From Bugula neritina (taxonomy: Eukaryota; Animalia; Bryozoa), in contig OZ037768.1 of the NCBI GenBank assembly GCA_964035545.1, positions 9,022,741 to 9,086,740 on the forward strand: 64,000 nucleotides of DNA, read 5' to 3'. Below are positions 1-12,600 of this stretch, one piece after another. The notes under the pieces are model-generated. The model saw only the letters and a program-made list of their open reading frames with translations, searched no databases and was not told the origin of the DNA. How positions within the stretch are numbered: position 1 is the first letter of the stretch; every line of letters begins with the position of its first letter. Position numbers and translations under genes: made by a program.

Positions 1-680
1 GCTGAAATCCTTAAACCTTGCTGCCAGCATGGTGAAGGGCACAGGCCATTGCTGCTTAGAAACCAGTCTGCATCCTTGAGGAGTTCACACAAGATTTCTT
101 ATAGCTAAAGACACTGATCACTAAGTATAGTATTTACCCACTTTTGAACTTGCCAACGCATCTTTGAAAAAAATGTACATAGAAGTAACTTATAAAGCTA
201 ATGTAAAATAGTCTGCACAAGGCTGTAAGGATTTCAAACACTCATGATTTTATTTTTTTAAAATCATCTGTAGCATTAAATCTTTTCATGATTTCACATT
301 TATAACTACTGCGTGTAGGTGTATACGGGTGTAAAGACGCTGTTAATTACTAACTGGCCCATAAAATGTTATACTTACTTTCATTGATTACCAACAAGTG
401 GATAAGCTACGCTGAGTTTATGGAGACAAATTGAACCATTAATGACTTTGATACCAGTTTTATGCCTCCACCATTAAAGACATTCAACTCTGAGTAATAT
501 ATTAACCTCTAATCTACATAATTTAAGTTGGTGATGCGTAAAATTATTTTAATCTAGCGGATACAATTTAGCACAGGACGGGATATGCACGGAACCATAA
601 ACAATTATTGGCAAAAAACATGTGACACATCCACAAGAATGATTCACCAAAGTCTTGTAGAACAAGGCACCCCCTTTAAG

Positions 681-688
681 TATATAAA
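681..688 (+). promoter_or_regulatory. Putative TATA box of the secreted Asn/Gly-repeat gene
   Basis: TATATAAA at 681-688, 70 nt upstream of ATG 751 of a short first exon ending in a GTAAGT donor. TA-rich background lowers specificity. Confidence 0.45.
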
Positions 689-750
689 TATGAATGCTGA
701 ATGTTGGGCTTGGTATTAAGAGCCAGATTATTGTACACAACACATCGAAC

Positions 751-3574
751 ATGGCTGTCTGTAAGTATTAATATTATAAGACATATTGCAAAAAAAAAAC
801 AAAAAATATAAAGCTATAATTTAATGACAACTATTGAAACTTTTTAAAAATATTCAGAAGAAATATGGCTATGCTAGTTATACTAGTGTTGGGTTGTAAA
901 TTTGTTGCATCTGGGTATGCGGTTTTATAGTACAAGCTATATGAGCTTTTTTGTAGGAAGTCTATACAATTTTATAATGTGCTGCATACTATAGAGTGAG
1001 CTGTGCGATTTTATAAGTTTATTTATTAGCTGTATAAAAGTGTTATGTAAAAAATTATTGCTCTTCTGTGACATTGTAAATAAAAGGAAACTTTTATAAA
1101 AGCTAATCTTGTAAACTGTATATCTGGCTAAGTTATATGCAACTAGTTGTTTTAAAGTTTATAATGAATTACATTAAGTAACACATTTAAGCATACTAGT
1201 GCAGTGTTCCAACAAATAGTTATTTACACAATTAGTCATACGAATGCAAAATAATATAAAATACATATTATACTTAATGCACCTACTTATTTTTAAACCA
1301 ATGAGATGATCTTAAGTGAAATCAACTTTTTTTCTAGGTGCTTTCAAAATAATGGGCCAAGTATCTATTGCATTGGCATTATTCTCTGGACTGCTGATAG
1401 ATGGAATGCCTATTTCTGACAGTACAGTAAACAGCCGCTTGAGTAAGTTTATAAAGTCTTCTCAGTATTAGCAAGTGATTGTCCAGTTACAGTATGTGTG
1501 CAATGATTACAATGCATCTCATCTATTAGAACTGCTCTGTGAAGGGAGCTTTTATCTTGCTTCTGTTAGTTTTTAATGCAGTGATATGAGCCCCACAATT
1601 TTTTCAAGTTTAGACAAAATAATATACACAATTGCATTGTACAAAGTATATTATATGCATTAAGTAATATATTGATGTATATGATCATCATAATGATTCT
1701 ATGTCTCATTAGACAGTATATGAAATCCTACTAAATTTTTTTCAAAGTTTTATATTAGCTGTTAGACAAATATTTTTAAGTGTAATAACTGTTAACATAG
1801 CACAAAATGACTACATGCACTTTTTTAATATATTAGTGAATTATTAAATTTTGAGAACAATAAAAATAATATAATATAGCAGTGTAAATGAGCTCTATGA
1901 ACACAATAACCATTGCAACTCACAACTTTTTAAGTAGATACTACAGAGCTCTACAGACAAGCTGAGTCTCTTACTATATTATTTGATACAATATAATAGC
2001 AAAGCTATTTTGTTATTAAGAAAGAAGCTGGCAAGACTATGATTGGAGAAATCCCACCGAGAAAACTAGCGGAAGCAATAATGGAAATCTCAATAAAGGT
2101 GGAGAAAATGGTAACATAAATGGTAATGATAATAATAATGGTACAAATGGCAACTTCAATGGCAATGAAAACATGGGAGAGTTGAATGGGAATGCAAATG
2201 GAAATATGAACACTGATGGTTCTAATGGCAATGTCAATGGCAATGGAAACGCTGATGGCATTAATGGTAATGGAAATGGTAATGACAACAACGACGGAGT
2301 AAATGGTAATGCAAATGGAAACTCCAATAAGGATGGCAAAAATGGCAATGGTAATGGTGATACTAATGGAAATGGCAGCAATGGTAATAGCAATGGCAAC
2401 CACAATAAAAATGGGGAGAATGGTAATGCAAATGGCAATGAAAATTCAAAAGGTGAAAATGGAAATTACAATGGCAATGATAACAAAAATGGTGAAAATG
2501 GCAATGATAATGGAAATAGCAATGGTAGAGGAAAAAATGGCAATGTCAATGGGAACAATAACAATGGAGGTGACAATGGTAATGCTAACGGCAACAGTAA
2601 CACAAGGGGTGAAAATGGTAATGATAATGGCAGCAACAATGAAGAAGGCTCTAATGGGAACGCTAATGGTAATAATAATAACAGAGGAGAAAATGGAAAT
2701 TCTAATGGAAATAACAATGCAAATGGTGAAAATGGGAATGTTAATGGTAATGGAAATGAACGAGGAGTTAATGGAAATGATAATGGGGGACAAAACTTGA
2801 ATGGTGAAAACGGCAATGATAATGGAAACAATAATGTGAGAGGAGAAAACGGCAATGGAAATGGCAATGGCAATAATGAAGGAGAAAATGGTAATGAAAA
2901 TGGTAACCTCAATGGAAATGGTGATAATGGCAATGTTAATGGGAATGATAACAAGAGTGGAACCAATGGAAATGAAAATGGTCAAAGCAACAGACGCGGG
3001 GACAATGGCAATGCCAATGGTAATGGGAATGAAGCTGGAGAAAATGGGAATAACAACGGTAACAGCAATCAGCGAGGAGAAAATGGCAACTTTAATGGTA
3101 ATGGCAATGGCGATGGAAAAAATGGAAATAACAATGGTAGTAGTAATCAGAGAGGAGACAATGGCAACTTTAATGGTAATGGTAACAGCCATGGAAATAA
3201 TGGGAATAATAATGGAAGTGGAAATACAGGAGGCAGTAATGGAAATGGCAATGGCAATAACAATGGTGAAAGCGAAAGTAAGTTATAGTTGCAATATATG
3301 CATTTACGATATATTTCTTTGCTTTAATGCAGTTTCAATTAAGAGTAAATGCATGCTTTAAACTGATATGTTGTATTTATAACCAAAGGGGTATAATATA
3401 CTTTTTGTTTATGTTAAGTATTAACATATTCACTTGATTATTAACCTGCGAGTTTCTATCAGCAACAATTGACAAAATATAAGCCACATGAAATATAATA
3501 GAACTGATGATTTTTTTTCAGGTTTTGAGTCCAGATTTAATTATGAGGGCTACCAAAGAAGATATAGTTGGTAA
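751..3574 (+). CDS. Secreted Asn/Gly-rich 13-aa tandem-repeat protein (474 aa, uncharacterised)
   Basis: Exons 751-760, 1338-1442, 2021-3277, 3522-3574; all GT-AG, all introns phase 1, frame open throughout (1425 nt). Protein: MAVCAFKIMGQVSIALALFSGLLIDG (signal-peptide-like) MPISDSTVNSRLKR (furin-type RxKR) SWQDYDWRNPTEK, then 31 x 13-aa repeats, then ESFESRFNYEGYQRRYSW*. Includes track ORF 2173..3288. Confidence 0.85.
2065..3273 (+). repeat. Coding tandem repeat, 31 x 39 bp (13 aa, consensus x-N-G-N-x-N-G-N-x-N-x-x-G)
   Basis: Units such as ENGNANGNENSKG, ENGNYNGNDNKNG, DNGNANGNSNTRG; no indels in 31 units although codons and variable positions differ between units. Confidence 0.95.
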
Positions 3575-5313
3575 ATAAATTGTAGTGAATTGATTAGAAA
3601 GTGAGTGAATTTATTTAATATAATATGCGTATACCAGTGATCGATACTGATTATTGTGGTGCAATATGACATACTATGTAGTGACATTGTATTATTTATC
3701 AGCATAATATAAATTTTGTTACTCACTGACAAGATGTAAAGGTACAGATTTAAGAGGTGTTTTAGCATATAAACACACCTTTTTAGGAGAAAACTACATT
3801 CAAGTTTTAAAAGTTTTCTGAAAATGGTGCAATGAATTATACTATTGCTGAATAATTCAATAGGGTTGATTGTTGATGAAACCTATTACAGCTGTTAGTT
3901 CAAATGGTTTCTCTTTAAAGACAATCACCAAGTAGATAACATGATTATAGTTGCAATGAGGCATCTCATAGTAAAAGCAATACCTACTATTATATTGTAT
4001 ATAGGAAATTTGAACAATGTGAATGTTTATAGTATCTAGTGTAATAGAAAGCAAACAAGATACTTGATAATGTCTTTATCTATTCAGCTTGAAGTCTTGG
4101 GTTTTTAATAATGAATTGAATTACTGAACTGTTTTATTTGTTTATTACTCATAAAATTAATGCTTCATTAGCATGACTAATAAATGCATTTCAAAAATAT
4201 ATAAACCATGCATGTTGTAGACATTGCATTCCTTCTTTATTGTTTTTAAACATTAATAAAATTTGCTAGCAGTTCTCAATAGCACTTACCAACAGCACTT
4301 TTAAATTTTGAAATATTATTACTATAAATTAATTGCATAGCAACAGCATAAATAAAGCAATGATAAGCATAAAAAAGTCATATATGGAAACCGTCAGCTG
4401 TCAAAGCTAAGCACAGATCTTAATGACCTGCTGCGGGCTTCTAAAATTACTTGATTAGTATTATTATTATTTTCACCTGCTGTAAAAAGAAATTCTAGTA
4501 ATTATGCTATACAATATAAGTTTTTGACAAGATGCAAGAAAACAGTGTTGCAGTGTATTTAATCAAAACCATCAACAATAAAGTGGAACAATAACAGAAT
4601 GAACCTGTAATATAGTACCCTCAACGCAAGTCTCTGTTTAAAGTTTCGCAATTAATTTATTAGAATATTTACATATTCATACATAAGAGTAATAAGCATA
4701 ATCATGTAAAGAATAGAAGCGTAATAAAAAATAACTAGAACAATGAGTTAATGCCTTATGGTCATTAGAAATAAGTTTAATTATTTGGATATAATGAAAT
4801 TTACAGATATTTGTAATAAGGGAATGCATGTTGCAAACACATAAATTATAAATGTTACAAAAATAAATTGAGCAATTTTATAATCAGCAGTCACGGCCAT
4901 GCAACAATTAATAAATATATATTCATTTAGTTTGACCAAAAATTGGTATGGGCAAACTGTAACAGCAAAACTTGTTATATTTTATATATGCACTGTTGTA
5001 TTATGCAATGCACCTTTTCACACAAGAAAATGTGCATGTTGTGCCCGTAAATGTCCAGTATCATATGATATCTACATATAATTATAATTTCTATAAATAG
5101 CTATAATCATAACATATAGCTGGGTGTATAGTTTAGTAGTTCAAAATCAAGCCAAATTATTTGACATATTAACACATATGCATACTGTATATAGTCTATG
5201 TGTAGTACAACTTAGCTTGTATGGCATGTTATAGTTTTGAAAAACGAGTAAGTTAAAATACTTTAAAAATAAAACAAGAAATATTTTAATTGATTTAATA
5301 CAAGCTAATCAAA

Positions 5314-6661
5314 CTAGTATTGAAAAGCAGGCGGGGATGTATAATTTACACGTCTATGTACAGCTTTTTCCAACTGCTGTCTTGCTTGGAGTTTTCTATT
5401 ATTACTCTCATTAAATGCTGCGATAATGTTTTTCAGAGAATTGTCCATACTCTTCTGAATGTCATGAACATGATCGTTGAGATTCCTACGAGGGCTATTA
5501 GCTGCGAACGAACTTTTAATTGGCTCTGGTTGTGCTTCTTCATCCTCCTAAAACAAATCAATATGATACGATTCAGTGTGTAGTAGCATATGTGTACACT
5601 AGTTCATTACACGTACAGTATGTAGTAGTATAGATGTACACTAGTCCATTAATTGTAGTATAAAGTACATATTGCAAATTTCCAGTCAACAATTTGACAC
5701 CTACTAAAATAGTTAGCATTTACCTCAAGTAATTCTAGCATCATGATATATGATTACATAAATGCATTATATAATATTATGACACTTTTTAAGTTGGCAC
5801 AGCAAGTGTATGCAGTGCAATACTACAAAAATAACCATATTGAAAAACAATAATGTGAATACATAAACAGTATAAGACTGCGAATCAACCTTTGTATATA
5901 AAGTAAGTAAGTGAGTAAGAAAGTAAGCAAGTAACTGAGTAAGTAAGTAAGTGAGTAAGCAAGTGAGTAAGTAAGTAAGTAAGTGAGTAAGTAAGTAAGT
6001 AAGTAAGTGATTAAGTAAGTAAGTAAGTAAGCAAGTGAGTAAGTAAGTAAGTAAGTAAGTGAGTAAGTAAGTGAGTAAGTAAGTAAGTAAGTAAGTGAGT
6101 AAGTAAGTAAGTGAGTAAGCAAGTGAGTAAGTAAGTAAGTAAGTAAGTGAGTAAGTAAGTGAGTAAGTGAGTAAGTAAGTGAGTGAGTGAGTAAGTAAGT
6201 AAGTAAGTAAGTAAGTGAGTGAGTGAGTAAGTAAGTAAGTAAGTGAGTAAGTAAGTAAGTGAGTAAGTAAGTAAGTAAGTAAGTGAGTAAGTAAGTGAGT
6301 AAGTAAGTGAGTAAGTAAGTAAGTGAGTGAGTAAGTAAGTGAGTAAGTAAGTAAGTAAGTGAGTGAGTAAGTAAGTGAGTAAGTAAGTAAGTAAGTGAGT
6401 GAGTGAGTAAGTAAGTAAGTAAGTGAGTAAGTAAGTAAGTAAGTGAGTAAGTAAGTAAGTAAGTAAGTGAGTAAGTAAGTGAGTAAGTAAGTGAGTAAGT
6501 AAGTAAGTGAGTGAGTAAGTAAGTGAGTAAGTAAGTAAGTAAGTGAGTAAGTGAGTAAGTAAGTGAGTAAGTAAGTAAGTAAGTGAGTAAGTGAGTAAGT
6601 AAGTAAGTGAGTAAGTAAGTGAGTAAGTAAGTAAGTAATTGAGTAAGTGAGTAAGTAAGTG

Positions 6662-6692
<31 letters not shown>

Positions 6693-9600
6693 GAGTAAGT
6701 AAGTAAGTGAGTAAGCACTTACATGATCACTCTCCACCACTTTACTAAATGGACTAGAGTGGAGCTGTTTAGGTTCTGGAGTGGATTCATTTCTACTAGA
6801 ATGGTCATTCCATGCAACTTTCTTTTTATGAAGTGACTGCAAATACAACCTTATCTATAAGTCACATCATCAACAGATCAGATGTATAATATATATAAGT
6901 AAAGTTTTTAGTTGAGTGTTCTTTTTTTAAAAGCTGATATGCCAAGTAATACAATACTTCAAGAGAGAACATATTGGTACAAGTTATGCATAACTGATGA
7001 GTCATTTATCAGTAACAGAAGAATTAGTTAAACTTAATAACTGAAGCAGAGGCACATCTTCTCTCACCTCATCCGACTGGTGGTGGTGTTCTGACGAGTG
7101 GACAAGTCGAGGCGTGACAGGAAGTAACTCAGGAGTATCCATCAGAGATGGGAAGTCAAACTTGGGCAGTGAGCCACTTCTTCTCAATGCTTTTGCTTTC
7201 TGGAAGTTGATTGGTTCAAACTTGGAAGGTTCCGGAACAGGTCCAGTTATTGGAATAACAAAACTGCCAGTTCCGCCACCTAGAAAAACAAAAAAGAAAT
7301 GTACACACATATTTACATTAATATATCAGTTGAAAAAAAAAATCAATTTTGAAAATAACAGCAACAACTGTTTCAATATTAAGAGTTGAGTTAAGTGATC
7401 ATGACAATACATGTCATTTTCCTATTCGAATGACTCTATTGTTATAATTACTTATTGCATAACGTTTTGTTGTATCACATTGACACGTTTACATAACAAC
7501 AATAAAGTATTTATCTTCTTAGAGATGATGCAACTAATTAGAGCATTGTAACTGTCAGCTGCCAGTACAGACATTAAAACTCACCCAAAATATGCTTGTG
7601 TGGAGCAAGTCGGAAAACAGGATAATCAGTGCTGTGCGTGCTCGCAGGTAGAACATTGGAATGCTTGGGCGGCGTCTTGGCCTTTCTTTTTTGCTTTTGA
7701 CGTTTATCGGAGCGTTGTAGTTCTTCTTCCAACTCTTTCTTAGCTTCTTGCAAGAACCTGGCCATAATGTCATCATTGCTGCTGAGGTTGTGCTTGTCTA
7801 AAAATACATGAATTTAACTATATAATTAGACAGAAAAGTCAAGCCAAACTATTACAGTGTTTTATATATAGAAGACTGCAGCAAGAAGTGGTAAATAACA
7901 AGTCAAGTAAACAAGGAATCAAGCAAGCACACAGATATGCAAATTATTTTAACACAAGCAGATTGTTTCACAACAACTGCTCTATACACAAAATTAGGCA
8001 ACAAACTACATAGTTTGACTGCATGTTCATAACTTAGTATATGTCAAACTTGTGTAGGACACAAGAGCAAAATACACTAACACTAATTTCTCAACAACTG
8101 ATCTTCCAAAAGTCTATAACATCATTGTACGTGAGTTTAATACGAGAAATAATCATACTGTAGAATGAGAATGGGTCTTGTGGAGGTCGATACTGCTGCC
8201 TACGAGGTGTGACCTCAGTACTTTTCTTATCTATACCAGAGGAAGTAGCTCGTGGAGTTTCTTCTTTGATGGGCGTCATTGTGGGTGACTTGTGACCACC
8301 TCTATCTACTGTGATACCTATGAATAAAAGCTTACATGAAATATATGACACAATGCTTAAAAATATAAGTAAGGTATACGCAGACAGCCTCTGACATGTT
8401 GTTGGAAATTTAATAGCACTATTAACATTAACATCAAAATTAAATTAAGGACTAGTAGGAAACAAAGCTATAATGTTGATCGCAGAAAAAATTATACGTG
8501 AAATTTTTTTTCAAGAAAAATTAAAAAAAATCCTAAAAATTGTATTGTGAAAGTGTGAATACAACCGGACTACATTACCTGAATCATTAGAGCTAATGCT
8601 GTGTATACTTGGTAAGGAGGGACTTCGCTCCTCTGTCTGAACTGGTTCTTCAGCAGGTTTCTCATCAGAAGTCCTGAAGTGAGAAACCATATGAGGTACA
8701 AACTGCCCTGTTAATCACTACACCAAATATACTCTACACACACAATAAAGAAGAGCTAAGCACGTACATAGCAGGTAATATAGGTGGAAGTGAGACTGAA
8801 GAGGAAGTTGACTTGATGCTCTTGGATGAATCTTCGCGACTGTAGCTGCGTTCAATAGGTGGGAATCTCGAGCCCGAATCAGGCCGGATGTCATCTAACA
8901 AAAAACAAAATTAATTTCATAAATTTCATAAAACAAATATAAGCTTGTGTAGAAATAATATACTTTAAGGAACTTACATAACAGAAAGGTGAGATGTAGA
9001 ATCAATGAAGACTAGATATTTAATATCATTGGTAAATCATTCTAATAATATCAATCTACGGTAGATGCAGCTATAGTCTAAGCAAGCAGCGATGCTCAGA
9101 TGCCAGGAGCAGCATGCTACTAGTTGTCATGCAAGCTAACAAATAATGTTGTTTAATTGCATACCAACATTATATTGTACACACATGATCACCAATTGCA
9201 TTCATTGAATTATCAGCTATGAGTGTCATTGATCAGGGGCATGCTGGCTGAAAGCCTTGTTATAGATTATTTATGCATAAATAGCAACTACTGACTTGTT
9301 ACAGAAACTGCCACTATAGAATAAAAATTGATTTTCAGCATTATGTTTCGAAATGTCAGAATAATTAGCAATAATGAAGCAAGGTACAAAAGACACAATG
9401 CTATTCTGAACACGACCTGATCAAAGAAATGAAATAGCTTTCACCTCAATTCTAAAAACTATGCTTGCTGAGGAATCAAATATTATAGATTATGCAATAG
9501 TAACCGTTAATTTGTGTCAGAACATGTATTAGAACAAGAAACTATTATTTAGTGTTAGAGTTATACAAAACTCAGTGAAAAAAGCGTCTTCAACTATATA

Positions 9601-12600
9601 GCAGATTTTCTCCCAAGTTTTCAGTATACATAAAGTAAGGGTGAGCAAGACATAAGCAACACTTTCTAATAATAAGAGACTTAGAACTACACACAGCATT
9701 GCCGTTGAACAAAACTACATACAAAATATAATACATTGTATTTAGATAAGTCTCAATCAGCTTGACATTTAGCTTTTATGTTCCTAATATTTTAGTGCAA
9801 AGTTCACCTTTCAAAAACAGAGCTGGCTCAGGAGCTTCTGGTCTAGTCGCATCCTCTTTTTTCTCAGCCTTTGGAGGTGATTTAGCTTTGCCTTTGTTGG
9901 AAGTTGTCTTCACTGGAGCTAATAAAGTTGGAAGATAAAATATAATGAAATGTAACACTAAAAATCAAAAATTATTTCATCATAGAAACTTATTTTACTA
10001 ATGGGTTAGAACAACTTTTCTCAAAATTTAAAGTGGATATGTGTACATTGTTATGTACTCATATATTACAACTATTACTCCATCACAAATATATAGATAT
10101 GCATACAGCACACAATACACACTCTAAAATACCATGTAAAGCAGTAAACATATTGTGTAATATATCAAGGTTACCTTTGCCTTTGGTCTTTTCATCTTTG
10201 AGAGGTAACGATTTTGAATCTTCAAGTTTCAACTCGACTTCAGGCTTTGACTCTATAAATAAAAAACTATATTATGAATAACTACTCTAATATTTAAAAC
10301 ATTTAAAGCAGTCTCAAGAAGAAAAATATCCAATAGGGAGCCACAGTTTTTCGTGAATTACCTTTTTCTGTAGACTTCTGGACAGCAGAAGGAGTTTGGG
10401 ATTTTGATTTGACTTTTGTTGGAGCAGTGCTAGATTTCTTGGGCGCCATTTTGTTTGGTTTATTAGTAAGAGTTGTGTTCTCACGTGATGGACCTGATTT
10501 TCTTGAGGTGATGGTATCCTGCCGAGAGAGTCTAGTGGATTCTCTTGAGAGAGAAACTGAAGTACTTTCTCGAGATGGCTTTGAAACAACACTCTTCTCT
10601 TTTTTCAATTTCTTCGTCTAAAATAAATTAAATAGTAATAAAAAAATTGGATGAATTAATGACAGAGAAGACAATAAAAAAAGTAATTTAAAACCGACTA
10701 ATATTTCCGGATTGCAGATTGAGCAATACCTGGTCTGTTCTGTTGAGAGACACTGATCTGGTGCGCTGCCTTGAAGGAAGTCGTGGCTGCCGCTCTAAAG
10801 AATGATGTTTAGCAGAACTTTTACCTTCATCTTTAATTTTAACTGTCTTGCCCAACTTTTTCGAGATCTCGGGTTCAGATTCTTTTGCTAGAAAATAATT
10901 ATTTGACAATTTTTCATCTGTTTAGGAGTTGCTCTATGAATTCATATAAAACTAAAGATAATGCATTATAGAAATACAAACTATATTCACAACTAATTAT
11001 AAATGTTTACTCACAATAAATAGTATTTGTGAATGCAAAACTGGAATATACCTCACGTTTAGAAATTATTTAAAAAGTAAATATGAATATATAATATTAT
11101 AATATATTACTTTAAGTTGTATTACTGACTCTCACCAGCAGTTGGTACTAAGTTTTCCAGTTTGTCTTCTTTCTCTGGTTCTTTTTCTAATTCAACTTCT
11201 GGTGCTTTTTCTGGTTCTTTCTCTAATTCTTTCTCTAGTTCAGGCTTAGGCTCTGGTTTCACTTCCATTTTGGTTTCTGGTTGCGGTTGCGATTCAGGGG
11301 TAGACTTCTTTGCAAAACTGAACAAGTTTAGAAACTTGCGAAAGACGGATGGCGGTTTGGGTGGTGAAGAAGTCACCTCAGCTTTTGCTACCGGCTTAGC
11401 CTCAGGCTTGCCTTCTTCAACTGGCTCTTTTACTGGTTTAGTTTCTAGTTGTGAAAACAAACGATTAAATATAGACTAGAATTATTAGAAATTATCGACA
11501 TAGCAAAACTAGCTGGAAAAGTGCCATCTAGTCTTCAATTGTAAGGTGAATCATTTCGAGTAATTCTAAAGCGAATTTTTATTGATTTATTTTCAAAGAA
11601 ACAAATTAATTTGTCAGTAATTGAAATCTCACTTCATCAAAACATTTAAAGTCTTTAAACTATATCTATAGACTCGATTTGTTAAAAACCGACACAAATT
11701 TCAAAAGGCCATTTTGAATCATATATTTTTGAGAGTTATTAACTTACCAGGTGTGGCCTCATTTGGTGATTGAATCTCTGTCGAAGGTTCTTGAGGGAAA
11801 CTATTAGATTTATTGCCAATTTCTAGTCCAGGTGTTGCAGATTTAGAGGGCTTTTCATCATCAACTGCCAGTTTCTTTGATACTTGAGTTGGTTCTCGGG
11901 ACAGAGCTGCAGGTTTCACAGCTGGTTTCTGAGATGTTTCCTTGGTTTGCTGTTTCTGTAAAAAGTAATTGCACATTAGTCCCATATATCTATCTTTTAG
12001 AAATGCAATGCATACAACTACTAAACTAAGCAGGCTAAGGTTTTCATTTATACATATAATTACAAATGTATAAAATTATTTTTGTCCATATACAATTGTT
12101 CAAATGAGTAAAATAGAAACTGCATTTCTAGTGGGAAACTTAGAACAGCAAATTATATAACTATTACTACGGTCATTGATTTACCATGCGATGCTGATAT
12201 GGTAAAAACTAAAACATGATAATAGAAAAAAGTATTAAGGCTGCTCAAAACATATTTATACACAATTGATCATGAAACTAAAGAAAGTATACATATTTAT
12301 TTAAATTATCACTTGAATATAACAACAGTCTAGCAAATAAATACTTGAGTTAAACTTATAATGAGTCTACCTGTGAGAACACTAATTATGGCCATGCAAC
12401 AGCTAAAACTACCATTCTCTTTATACAACTTGTCATTAGGATTTATCTTCCTTATGCAAAACATTGAGTTGAGCAAGACAATTTATACTTGCAGCCAATG
12501 AAAAGTTTCTCAAAGTAGAATTAAGTAAAAACTCACTGGAACTGGCTGTTTCCTAATAATTGGTGTAGTCTTTGCAGCTACAGATTTTGAAGCTGGCCTG

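Noticed and set aside
1-120. GC-richer stretch at the window edge that might be an exon
   Set aside because: No frame gave a recognisable product; too short to call.
549-752. 67-aa minus-strand ORF
   Set aside because: It overlaps the TATA box and first exon of the + strand gene and has no recognisable features.
2021-3277. Calling the protein nacrein/N66
   Set aside because: No carbonic anhydrase domain in the gene model, and the period is 13 aa rather than G-x-N triplets.
2005-3361. Alternative-frame and antisense ORFs (Ile/Ala-, Pro/Leu/Phe- and Met-rich)
   Set aside because: Shadows of the AAT/GGN repeat; only frame +1 connects to splice sites and a signal peptide.
5823-6848. 341-aa and 235-aa LTYL/LTHS ORFs
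   Set aside because: Microsatellite translation artefacts; only 6836-6723 is a real exon.
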